NCBI GenBank assembly: GCA_030729695.1
Contig: JANQWV010000070.1
Location: 9,188-73,187, forward strand
Length of the DNA stretch: 64,000 nt
From: Flavobacteriales bacterium
Lineage (GTDB): Bacteria; Bacteroidota; Bacteroidia; Flavobacteriales_D; Sanyastnellaceae
Direction: 5' to 3'
Made by a program: the position numbers and the translations under genes. Position 1 is the stretch's first letter; each line of letters begins with the position of its first letter. The notes beneath the pieces were generated by a model. That model searched no databases. It saw nothing but the letters and a program-made list of their open reading frames with translations, and was not told where the DNA came from. This document shows, piece after piece, positions 30,417 through 39,263 of this stretch.

Positions 30417-31524
30417 CCGGTCTGTGATCTGAAGCGCCCGCGTCACTTGTTGAATAAGAATTCGCTTGCAACTCTTTGCTATGCAAGACATAATCAATTC
30501 GCAAGCCTAGAAGCGGTCCCCTATAGGTACTTCCAATTCCTTTTCCAGCATCTTGAAAGCTGTCCTCCAAACTTTTCGCTAGACGATTGTATGTATACGA
30601 GATTGGCGTGTCATTAAAATCACCTGCAACGATTACTTTGTGCTTGCACGATTCAATATGTGCCGAGAGCACGTTAACCTGTTGCGAACGCTTGAGTGAT
30701 GAACGATACAATTGAACGAACAACGGTTTGCTCTCATTCTGAATTTCATTCATATCAATATTTTCATCGAAAAGTTGAAGCGATTTCTTCTTCAAGCGAA
30801 AGCTTTGCAAATGCGCATTGTATACACGCACCGTATCACTTCCAACTAAAACATCCATGTAAATACAAAAGTTATTTACCTCATTCTCGAAAGGCACTTG
30901 ACCTTGACTAACAACTGGATAATTCGAAAAAATAACCAATCCAAATCTTCCTCCATCAGAAAGCACATGAGTGGTTCGCTCATGCACCGCATATCCCGAA
31001 AGGATCTCATTTCTCGATTGTTCAGATAAAAAATCTCCACCATTCGTATTCCAATAGCACTCTTGCAGGCAAAGAATATCCGGTTTTACCTTTTGAATTT
31101 CATTCAATATCGCATCCCTATTCTTCTTCGCGTTTTCCCCATCGTAGTAACCCATTAGATGAGTATTGTGGGTCATGACAGTCATTCCAATTCCACCTGA
31201 AGTTTGTTGATTACGAGAATTAAAATTGAAAAACGAGAACAAATCGGGCAATGAAAATGCGAAACAAATACCGAAAGCAATAAGCCATTTCCACTCCTTT
31301 CGGAAAATCATAAATATTGCGGCAATTAAAAACATGAGCAACAGCGGCCAAAAGAAAAGGCCTAAAACACTAAAGAACATGAAAACACTTGGCGTAAAAT
31401 GCGAAGACAAATAAGAAAGCAAGTAAAAGGAAATAACTACCAAACTAAAAAAACGAAAGACAAATCGGACAAACTTATTCCAATGGCTCAACTTCTTTAT
31501 TTCTTTCGCAGGGGATTCCATCAC
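30400..31524 (-). CDS. Endonuclease/exonuclease/phosphatase (EEP) family protein with an N-terminal membrane anchor
   Basis: 374 aa. About four N-terminal TM helices, then the EEP motifs ILCLQE and GASDHRPV. Confidence 0.8.
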   Translation of the reverse strand: MMESPAKEIKKLSHWNKFVRFVFRFFSLVVISFYLLSYLSSHFTPSVFMFFSVLGLFFWPLLLMFLIAAIFMIFRKEWKWLIAFGICFAFSLPDLFSFFNFNSRNQQTSGGIGMTVMTHNTHLMGYYDGENAKKNRDAILNEIQKVKPDILCLQECYWNTNGGDFLSEQSRNEILSGYAVHERTTHVLSDGGRFGLVIFSNYPVVSQGQVPFENEVNNFCIYMDVLVGSDTVRVYNAHLQSFRLKKKSLQLFDENIDMNEIQNESKPLFVQLYRSSLKRSQQVNVLSAHIESCKHKVIVAGDFNDTPISYTYNRLAKSLEDSFQDAGKGIGSTYRGPLLGLRIDYVLHSKELQANSYSTSDAGASDHRPVIVKF

Positions 31525-32342
31525 TTCTCTTTTTGCTGTTCTAAAAACACTTTCTCCTTTGCTGAAAGGCTTTCAAATCCTGAACGCGAGATTTTATCTA
31601 AAATTGAATTCAAGTAATCTTCTTTCAATTTTCTTTCTGCATTAAACTCATCGTCAGTTTGAAATCTAGCATTACTTCGTTTCACGGTAAGCTTTGGAGA
31701 AGGCCTAAACCAAGAGAATATTTTTTCAATCCAATTCATTTGCGCGAATTCATATTTATCCATTAGCATCCAGAACAAACCTCCAATCGCACCACCTAAA
31801 TGCGCGAAAAGTGATAAGTTCTGAGCTTCATAATTCAAGACATCAATTACTTCCAAAAGTAAAAACACTGTCAGGCCTAACCAAAAAGATACTCCTCTTT
31901 TTTCGCTGTTTCCAACATCGAAAAACAGCCAACCTACCCATAGCGATGTTATTCCAGCTGAAGCGCCAATCAAAGAAACTTGGTCTTCAATACATAAAAG
32001 AAAAATCAATCCACCAATTACTCCTGCAATCCAATACTTCAAAGCCTTCAATCCGAAATAGCGATCCTTCGACCAATAAATTAAAAGCATTAATAAAGCG
32101 TAATTCCAAACGAAATGACTGACCTCTGCATGAAAGAAACTATAGGTTAACCAAGTCCAAATCCAAGTGTAAGATTCACCTTTTGTAGAAAAACCTACAA
32201 ACGAATCAAAAGTCGCGATATACGCTGAACCCGAATAATTAACAGAAAGCAACACGACTATTAATCGAATAACAAATCCAAATGCCATTAAGGCACTTAT
32301 GAATTTCAATCCTATTGGTGCGTTGCGAAAACGATTTACCAT
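31521..32342 (-). CDS. Rhomboid-family intramembrane serine protease with a C-terminal helical tail
   Basis: Motifs GASAGITS (Ser) and HLGGAIGG (His). The ATG at 32342 is preferred because the ORF-track start at 32363 is a TTG. The C-terminal tail reads LNSILDKISRSGFESLSAKEKVFLE. Confidence 0.85.
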   Translation of the reverse strand: MVNRFRNAPIGLKFISALMAFGFVIRLIVVLLSVNYSGSAYIATFDSFVGFSTKGESYTWIWTWLTYSFFHAEVSHFVWNYALLMLLIYWSKDRYFGLKALKYWIAGVIGGLIFLLCIEDQVSLIGASAGITSLWVGWLFFDVGNSEKRGVSFWLGLTVFLLLEVIDVLNYEAQNLSLFAHLGGAIGGLFWMLMDKYEFAQMNWIEKIFSWFRPSPKLTVKRSNARFQTDDEFNAERKLKEDYLNSILDKISRSGFESLSAKEKVFLEQQKEK

Positions 32343-33040
32343 GCATTCCCCTTTTTCTGCCAATACTTAAGCAGAAGGTATCCGAAAAGCATTCCACCTA
32401 AATGCGCATAATGGGCTACGTTGTCTCCTGTCGTTTGACGCATGGCCAAAAAGAATTCGATCGCTCCGTATATCATTACGAAATACTTCGCTTTAAGCGG
32501 AATAGGCGGAAACAACAGCATCAATTCTGTGTTCGGGAACAACATTCCAAATCCCAACAACACACCGAATACTGCGCCTGATGCTCCAACTACACCCGTA
32601 TTAATCGCAGAGTACAAATCAACCATTTGGACTTTATACGATTTCCCTTCTTCCAATCCGGTGATCATGACTTGATAAATCTCTCGATCACTCAACACTG
32701 CCATCATCTTCTGTATCTCTAAATAACTAACTCCCATGTGCAAGAAGAAAGCACCAATTCCGCAGGTCATGTAATAAATCACAAAACGCTTTGTGCCCCA
32801 ATAATTTTCCAATGCCGTTCCAAACAAATACAAGGCATACATATTGAAAAATATATGTGTGAAGTCATACTGCGAGTGCATAAACATGTGCGTCACAATT
32901 TGCCAAGGTCTGAAATTCGGGCTGGCAAAATAATATCCTGTTAAGGCGTCGTTCAATCCGGGAACAACAAAACAAGCCAAGTAAATAAGAACATTAATAA
33001 TTATGATGTTCTTTACCGCCGGTGTAAGATTCATTCTCAT
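32336..33040 (-). CDS. Rhomboid-family intramembrane serine protease
   Basis: 234 aa. Motifs HMFMHS, GASGAVFG and HLGGMLFG. Confidence 0.88.
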   Translation of the reverse strand: MRMNLTPAVKNIIIINVLIYLACFVVPGLNDALTGYYFASPNFRPWQIVTHMFMHSQYDFTHIFFNMYALYLFGTALENYWGTKRFVIYYMTCGIGAFFLHMGVSYLEIQKMMAVLSDREIYQVMITGLEEGKSYKVQMVDLYSAINTGVVGASGAVFGVLLGFGMLFPNTELMLLFPPIPLKAKYFVMIYGAIEFFLAMRQTTGDNVAHYAHLGGMLFGYLLLKYWQKKGNAW

Positions 33041-33046
33041 AGCACT

Positions 33047-34828
33047 TTATTTTCCTAATTGATCTTCTAAATGATCGATTCCAAAGGTCAAGGCAATGGC
33101 CTTTCCATCTGGAGCGAAATTTTTATTTTCACATGTGTTCCATCGAATAAGTAAATCCAACATCTCAGGAACCGTTAACATTTGCCCTTTTTTCACAGAC
33201 AGTCTGCGCGTATAATCCTTCAACAAATTCATTCGCAAATCTGGACCTTCAACACCCAACCGTAAACTTTCCAACACCAATTCAACAAAGTTCAAAGCAC
33301 CTTGCTCATCTAAGTTAGACGGAGCCGCAATAATCTCTGGATCTTCTTCCAAATTCAATTCAAACCCGAACGAGGCCAATAAAACATCGTGCAGTTGCAG
33401 TAGCGAAATATCCTTTGGTTGGACATGCAATGGAATGGGGAATAACAACTGCTGCGCAACAAATGAATGACTGTTCTGATTGGAATGCTCTTCGAACAAA
33501 ACCTGCCAATGCAATCGCGTTTGATGAAACATCTTCAACTCTGAATTTATCTCACATCCAATAATAACTCGTCCAATCTGAAAAGGTGTTCCACCTTCCC
33601 ACTCTTCCGAATCGAATTCTATTTGCTCTTGTTCTGGCGCGCTTTCCTTTTCGAATCCAAATCCCGCTTGTGCAAATTGTTCCATCCAATTACGTGACTT
33701 CTGTTGCCAAGAATCCGCCTTTTGAAAGGGGTTAAAATCATGATTCACGTCTACTTGCGGAACTCGCACAGAACCCGAACTCACTTGCGTCAAAGGAATA
33801 TTTTCTTGCTCGAAATCTAACGAAGGTGCAACCTGATTCTTACCCAGGCCTCTTCTCACAGCCGCATGAAGCAAAGCGTGAATGCTTCTTTCATCTTGAA
33901 ACTTTATCTCCGTTTTTGTTGGATGGATATTAATATCTATGGTTGAAGGGGGAACGTCGAGGGAAATTAAATAAAAAGGAAAACTTCCTGAAGGAAGAAT
34001 TTGCTCGTAGGCCTGCTGAACCGCATGGTTCAGGAAAGGGCTTTTAATGAATCGTTGATTCACAAAAAAGTATTGATCTCCGCGCGTGCGCTTTGCTATT
34101 TCCGGTCTTCCAACAAATCCTGAAATTCTTACAATCTCTGTATCTTCATCTAAGTGAATCAACTGGTCGTTGTATTTGTTTCCAAACACATGAACCAATC
34201 GCTGTTTCAAATTCGACTTTGGCAAATCGAAAACTACATTCCCATTGTGCGTGAGCACGAAGTGCACATCGGGGTGCGTCAACGCCACGCGCTCGAACTC
34301 ATCAATGATGTGACGAAACTCAATTGCGTCGGTCTTCAAAAAATATCTACGCGCTGGTATATTGAAAAATAAATTTCGAACGGTAAAAACAGATCCCTTC
34401 GTTGCTTCAAGAGGCTCGTTTGAAATAAGCTTTCCGCCATCTATTTCAATTCGAACACCCAACTCATCTTCTTCACGCTTGGTAATCAATTCAACCTGCG
34501 CAACAGAAGCAATACTCGCCAACGCCTCTCCGCGAAATCCTTTTGTTGTAATGTTGAATAAATCCTCTGCCTTGCGAATTTTAGAAGTAGCATGACGCTC
34601 AAAGCAAAGCTGTGCATCCACTTCATTCATTCCCCTTCCGTCATCTATAACCTGAATAAGTGTCTTCCCAGAATCTTTAATTACTACACGAATTTGCGTG
34701 GCCTCTGCGTCGACTGCATTTTCTACCAATTCCTTCACAACGGAAGATGGTCGTTGAACAACTTCGCCCGCAGCAATTTGATTGGAAACTTGATCAGACA
34801 ATAATTGAATGACACCTGAACTCTTCAT
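33047..34828 (-). CDS. mutL: DNA mismatch repair protein MutL
   Basis: 593 aa. GHKL ATPase motifs IAAGEVVQRPSSVVKELVENAVDA and DDGRGM, followed by a C-terminal dimerisation domain. Confidence 0.95.
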   Translation of the reverse strand: MKSSGVIQLLSDQVSNQIAAGEVVQRPSSVVKELVENAVDAEATQIRVVIKDSGKTLIQVIDDGRGMNEVDAQLCFERHATSKIRKAEDLFNITTKGFRGEALASIASVAQVELITKREEDELGVRIEIDGGKLISNEPLEATKGSVFTVRNLFFNIPARRYFLKTDAIEFRHIIDEFERVALTHPDVHFVLTHNGNVVFDLPKSNLKQRLVHVFGNKYNDQLIHLDEDTEIVRISGFVGRPEIAKRTRGDQYFFVNQRFIKSPFLNHAVQQAYEQILPSGSFPFYLISLDVPPSTIDINIHPTKTEIKFQDERSIHALLHAAVRRGLGKNQVAPSLDFEQENIPLTQVSSGSVRVPQVDVNHDFNPFQKADSWQQKSRNWMEQFAQAGFGFEKESAPEQEQIEFDSEEWEGGTPFQIGRVIIGCEINSELKMFHQTRLHWQVLFEEHSNQNSHSFVAQQLLFPIPLHVQPKDISLLQLHDVLLASFGFELNLEEDPEIIAAPSNLDEQGALNFVELVLESLRLGVEGPDLRMNLLKDYTRRLSVKKGQMLTVPEMLDLLIRWNTCENKNFAPDGKAIALTFGIDHLEDQLGK

Positions 34829-34879
34829 CTTCCAAATTTACAACAGAACATCGCGAATGCGATTGCACATTTATTCACT

Positions 34880-36088
34880 TTATATGCGCCCTTCTAAAGC
34901 AGATTCAACCGATTCTGTTTCTCCGCGCAGTTCAAGGATTCGCTGAATTACGTGGTCAACGATTTTATCTGGACATGAAGCACCGCTGGTAACAACGATT
35001 TTCAAATTTTCTTGTTGAAGAAGTGACGGTGCAATTTCCTCCTCCTTCAATGTTTTACTATTGAAGACAATTGCTTTTTCCAGGGATATGAAATCACTTG
35101 CATTTCGAACAAAATACACAGGCATTTTTTCACCCAAAATCGTAGCAATCTGAATGGTATTCGAAGAATTGAATCCACCCACCACAACTGCTAATTGGGC
35201 ACCACTTTCCAGCACCCCAATTGTCGCGTTTTGATTGTCGTTCGTAGCGTAGCACAACGTATCGCGCGTGTCTGTCGTTGCTTCTTCACCATACATTTCC
35301 ACTACAATATCTCTCAGATACGCGGCAATTTCTTGTGTTTCGCTGGCCAACATGGTCGTCTGATTCACCACGCCAATTTTTTGCAAATCTCTCGAGGCAA
35401 CAAAGCCAGAAGAGCATTTATTTGCGAAATCGATTTCAAATTGCTCGTCGCTCATTTCTTTCCGAATATATCTAGCAAGCAACTCTGCTTCCTTCCTGTT
35501 TCGAACAACCACTACGGGTCCTGTTTCCGCAGCATGTGAAAACGTAGCGCGTGTCTCTTCATGCAAATATTTCCCATGAACGACCAAGGTGTATCCACGG
35601 TTTCCTAGTTCTGCCGAGCGTTTCCAAACCTTCTCCACGAATGGACAAGTGGTATTGTAACGCTCAAGATGAACCCCCAATTCAGCCAATTCAGCCGCTA
35701 TTTCAACTGTAGTTCCAAAGGCTGGCGTGATAACAATATCTTCCGAACTCAGAGTTGAAAAATCAACCAAACGATTTCCGTGGTTATCAACCAAAAACTG
35801 AATTCCTTCCGCAATTAAATCTTCATTGACTTGCGGATTGTGTATCATTTCACCCAAAAGAAAAATTCGCTTCCCCGGATTTTCAGCAACAGTTCGAAAG
35901 GCAATTTCAATGGCATTCTCTACACCATAACAAAAACCGAAATGTCTGGGTATCACAAACTCTGTTTTTCCAACATGAAAAACATAAGGTGAATGGTCCT
36001 TCTTTCTTGGATCATTGACCTTACGAATTTCTTTTATTCTTCCAAGAATATTAGATCTGTAATGCTCTGGCACTTCGAACTTCTTCAT
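34880..36088 (-). CDS. ispH: 4-hydroxy-3-methylbut-2-enyl diphosphate reductase, long form
   Basis: 402 aa. The three cluster cysteines sit in FGFCYGV, NTTCPFV and SGASCP. An N-terminal extension of roughly 45 aa precedes the first Cys motif. Confidence 0.88.
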   Translation of the reverse strand: MKKFEVPEHYRSNILGRIKEIRKVNDPRKKDHSPYVFHVGKTEFVIPRHFGFCYGVENAIEIAFRTVAENPGKRIFLLGEMIHNPQVNEDLIAEGIQFLVDNHGNRLVDFSTLSSEDIVITPAFGTTVEIAAELAELGVHLERYNTTCPFVEKVWKRSAELGNRGYTLVVHGKYLHEETRATFSHAAETGPVVVVRNRKEAELLARYIRKEMSDEQFEIDFANKCSSGFVASRDLQKIGVVNQTTMLASETQEIAAYLRDIVVEMYGEEATTDTRDTLCYATNDNQNATIGVLESGAQLAVVVGGFNSSNTIQIATILGEKMPVYFVRNASDFISLEKAIVFNSKTLKEEEIAPSLLQQENLKIVVTSGASCPDKIVDHVIQRILELRGETESVESALEGRI

Positions 36089-36089
36089 T

Positions 36090-36638
36090 CTAATTCAATT
36101 TCTCCAAGTACAACAACGCTTGGGATTTATAGTTCATCCACATCTCTTTATCAAACTCATTTAACTCACCTTTTCTACTTGCGCGTAAAAGAGATTTAAA
36201 AGCTTTATTTTTCGAGTAAGACTCCGAGTGCTCTATCAAGAATAGCAACGCCTTCAATCCAGCAATTCGTTGTGCTTCCTGTTTTACTTTTCCTTCATGT
36301 TTCAGCGCATAATTGATATTCCCGAATAAATAAGCCAACATTAAATCTTCAGTTATGAGGTAATCGTTGTAAGGGCCAACTTCAATATTCACGAGCAGAT
36401 TAGGGTTTTTCGTCACCCATTCCATAACGAAAATACTCGCGGAACTTCGCTCTATCAATTGCTCTGTCGGGGGAGTTGAAATAAGCCATTCAATTAAGTC
36501 TTCAATATTCTTTCTATTCTCTGCAAAAGACTCAGCCCGCTCCCAATGCTCGTCAGCATTAAATGAAGGGCACTTCCGATACTCTTGAGCCATTAAAGAA
36601 AATGGCAATATGAACAGTATCAGAATTATTCTTTTCAT
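36090..36638 (-). CDS. Hypothetical exported protein
   Basis: 182 aa with signal peptide MKRIILILFILPFSLMAQ. No motif recognised. It sits between the saccharopine-dehydrogenase-like gene and ispH with no intergenic space. Confidence 0.55.
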   Translation of the reverse strand: MKRIILILFILPFSLMAQEYRKCPSFNADEHWERAESFAENRKNIEDLIEWLISTPPTEQLIERSSASIFVMEWVTKNPNLLVNIEVGPYNDYLITEDLMLAYLFGNINYALKHEGKVKQEAQRIAGLKALLFLIEHSESYSKNKAFKSLLRASRKGELNEFDKEMWMNYKSQALLYLEKLN

Positions 36639-37945
36639 AATTCTTCTATCGTTTCTACGAATGAAATACCGTAGTTGTGAAGGTCTTGCAACAGAGGTAC
36701 GTAAAACTCTGCGGTCACAGGTATTTGAACCCCGCGTGAAGAAAAATCGCCGTTGAATAAACGATTAACTGCAAAGGCAATAGGCATACCCACTGTCTTG
36801 GACATTGCTGTTTTGAACTCATCATCTCCCTCTAAAACCATAGACGAGGTTAACACATGATTCTTTCCTTGAAACGTGTATCCGAATTTATGCACCATAA
36901 CAATCATATCGCGATCACCTTCTTTCAACACCCATTTTCTCTCGAGTAATTGTTGAAGATGTTGCGCACAAGTAAGCTCTTCATTTTTCAGAGGCTCATT
37001 GCTAAAAATCCCAATCTCATTCAACATATCCGACACCTCTTTGTCCTCATTGTTTATGCTGAAATTCAGACCGAGCAACGATTCAGATAGCTCTGCCCAT
37101 GTTGAAAATTCACCAGCTGGGATTTTGGTATCATCGTTTACAAAACCGTTCTTCACCAAGAAAGACCACCCTTTACAATACCCTTGCTTTCGCAATGTTC
37201 CGCGAACAAGCTTGTTCACTTTTTCAAGTCCATACAACTCGAGGTAATGCACCGAATTTCTGTTTGGGTAAGCGTCATAACGCACCCCATCGCTTGCAAC
37301 AACCGTCTCTACTTCGTCAAACAATTTATAATAAGGAACCATTCTAAGCTTGTTGTTCTCGCGATACATAGCATGTCCGGAACTTCCGGCAAGTATTATA
37401 TTTCTTGGATTCCATGAAATTTTATACCCCCATAAATTGTCATCACTTGCAGGAGCAACAAGCCCTCCTGTATAAGATTCAAAAGATGTAATTTCCGCAC
37501 CTTGACTTTTTAACCTATGAATGATCTCCATAGCCGAGATGTGATCTATTCCCGGATCTACACCCATTTCATTTAAAACTAAAATCCCCTCTTGCAAGGC
37601 AAGTTCGTGCATTGCATTAACCTCGGCACTAACATAACTCGGCGTAAATACATGAACATGAAAATTAATGCAATCTTTTACAACTTCCGCATGCATGAAT
37701 GCTGGAAGCATTGAAATAACCAAACTTGAATGAGCAATCAATTCATGTCGAAACTCTGCGTTTGTCGCATCCCCAGAAATAAAATGAACTTGATTAAGAC
37801 CCCCATATTCCTCTATCCAATGAGATACATTCGTATCGGCAACCACCACACTCCACTTACCTTCCAGAGCTCCTTCCACTAAAAAAGAAACCAAATGGCG
37901 TGCGCTTCTACCTGCGCCGAACAGTATAATTTTCTTCGTTTCCAT
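36635..37945 (-). CDS. Saccharopine dehydrogenase-family NAD(P)-binding protein
   Basis: Start at the ATG at 37945 (METKKIILFGAGRSARHL, Rossmann motif). The C-terminal region is saccharopine dehydrogenase-like. Confidence 0.7.
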   Translation of the reverse strand: METKKIILFGAGRSARHLVSFLVEGALEGKWSVVVADTNVSHWIEEYGGLNQVHFISGDATNAEFRHELIAHSSLVISMLPAFMHAEVVKDCINFHVHVFTPSYVSAEVNAMHELALQEGILVLNEMGVDPGIDHISAMEIIHRLKSQGAEITSFESYTGGLVAPASDDNLWGYKISWNPRNIILAGSSGHAMYRENNKLRMVPYYKLFDEVETVVASDGVRYDAYPNRNSVHYLELYGLEKVNKLVRGTLRKQGYCKGWSFLVKNGFVNDDTKIPAGEFSTWAELSESLLGLNFSINNEDKEVSDMLNEIGIFSNEPLKNEELTCAQHLQQLLERKWVLKEGDRDMIVMVHKFGYTFQGKNHVLTSSMVLEGDDEFKTAMSKTVGMPIAFAVNRLFNGDFSSRGVQIPVTAEFYVPLLQDLHNYGISFVETIEEL

Positions 37946-38061
37946 CGCAAACAAAGTTAACCAAACCAATTAGCTTCCCTTTCTTAAGTTTTTATTTTTT
38001 GGCATAAACTTTTATACAGGTTGAATCATAACTAAATTTACACTCTCAACAGACAAAAGAT

Positions 38062-39261
38062 ATGATTAAAAAAATTACCCTAGTCGCAGTAGCATCGTTC
38101 GCTCTTTCGAATGTTTTCGCTCAAATGAATGCTGTTATTTATTCTGAAGCAGGCGAAAAATTTACGCTCTATCTAAACGGCGAGCCCATGAATAGCACGC
38201 CTCAAGCAAATGTCAAACTTCAAGGTCTAACATCTGAATTCTACCAAGCACGAGTAGATTTTCAAGACGCTGCATTGGCCGATTTCTCAAACAACTACTT
38301 TGCACTTCATCCGGGAATGGAGGTGACTTACCAAGTAAAGAAAAACAAAAAAGGGGAATATGTTCTTCGTTATTACACGGAAAACCCAATTTCTTCGGGT
38401 GCCACAACGAATAACCCTTCCAACGATAACGCGAAAGATTTCGCTGTTGCAGACGATGCTCCCGCTAACACAACTCAAACTCAGAATAACACTGGGACTG
38501 TGAATAGCGGAAATACCAATACCAATACCACAACTACAACAACCGTAACAGGAACGAACACCAAACCTACTACAGGAGGAAACGTTGGTCTGAACATCAA
38601 TGTTGACGGCGTAAACATGGGAATGAACGTCAATGTCAACGAAACCCCCAATGCCACGGGCGGAAGTGTTGGTATGAATGTAAATGCAGATGGGGTTAAT
38701 TTCGGGATGAATGTCAATGTCAACGAAACCAACTCTACAACTACAGGTGGAAATGTTGGGATGAATATCAACGTAGACGGAATGAACATGGGAATTAACA
38801 TGAATGTTCCGAATATGGATGTTCAGACAACCGGAACGACTACAACAACAACGAGAACTACAACTTCTACCTCCTCAAGTAATTCAACGGTTCCTGCTCA
38901 CACAACGCGTCCAAGCGAACCATCGCCAACCCAACCTTCGAACACAACCATTTCCGGAAATGGAAATTGTACTCGATCTATGGACGACGCTAGTTTCGGA
39001 AAAGCAAAACAAACTATCGCAAGTAAAGGATTCGACGAAACGAGGTTGTCAACTGCTAAGCAAGTAGCTAAAGCAAACTGCCTTACAACTGAGCAAATTG
39101 TCGCGATTATGAAAATTTTTGGCTTTGATGAAACGCGACTTGAGTTTGCGAAATATGCTTATGACTATTGCTTTGATAAGAATAACTATTACACCGTAAG
39201 TGAAGGCTTTAGCTTCTACTCTAGTACCGAAGAGTTGATTCAATACATTGAAACGAAATAA
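38062..39261 (+). CDS. Exported DUF4476-domain protein with an Asn/Thr-rich linker and three 29-aa repeats
   Basis: 399 aa with signal peptide ending VFAQ. The C-terminal tandem pattern (FGKAKQTIASKGFDETRLSTAKQVA and IMKIFGFDETRLEFAKYAYDYC) matches what I remember of DUF4476. Confidence 0.7.
   Translation: MIKKITLVAVASFALSNVFAQMNAVIYSEAGEKFTLYLNGEPMNSTPQANVKLQGLTSEFYQARVDFQDAALADFSNNYFALHPGMEVTYQVKKNKKGEYVLRYYTENPISSGATTNNPSNDNAKDFAVADDAPANTTQTQNNTGTVNSGNTNTNTTTTTTVTGTNTKPTTGGNVGLNINVDGVNMGMNVNVNETPNATGGSVGMNVNADGVNFGMNVNVNETNSTTTGGNVGMNINVDGMNMGINMNVPNMDVQTTGTTTTTTRTTTSTSSSNSTVPAHTTRPSEPSPTQPSNTTISGNGNCTRSMDDASFGKAKQTIASKGFDETRLSTAKQVAKANCLTTEQIVAIMKIFGFDETRLEFAKYAYDYCFDKNNYYTVSEGFSFYSSTEELIQYIETK
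38572..38832 (+). repeat. Three imperfect tandem repeats of 87 bp (29 aa) inside the DUF4476 gene
   Basis: The three copies read TGGNVGLNINVDGVNMGMNVNVNETPNA, TGGSVGMNVNADGVNFGMNVNVNETNSTT and TGGNVGMNINVDGMNMGINMNVPNMDVQT. Confidence 0.9.
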
Positions 39262-39263
39262 TT

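Noticed and set aside
35195-35539. 114-aa plus-strand ORF antisense to ispH
   Set aside because: It is a shadow ORF within a gene that has all three conserved cluster-cysteine motifs.
38481-38801. 106-aa minus-strand ORF across the Asn/Val repeat region
   Set aside because: It is the mirror image of the repeat-encoding DNA, giving a repetitive FIP/TLT translation. The plus-strand gene has a signal peptide and a recognisable C-terminal domain.
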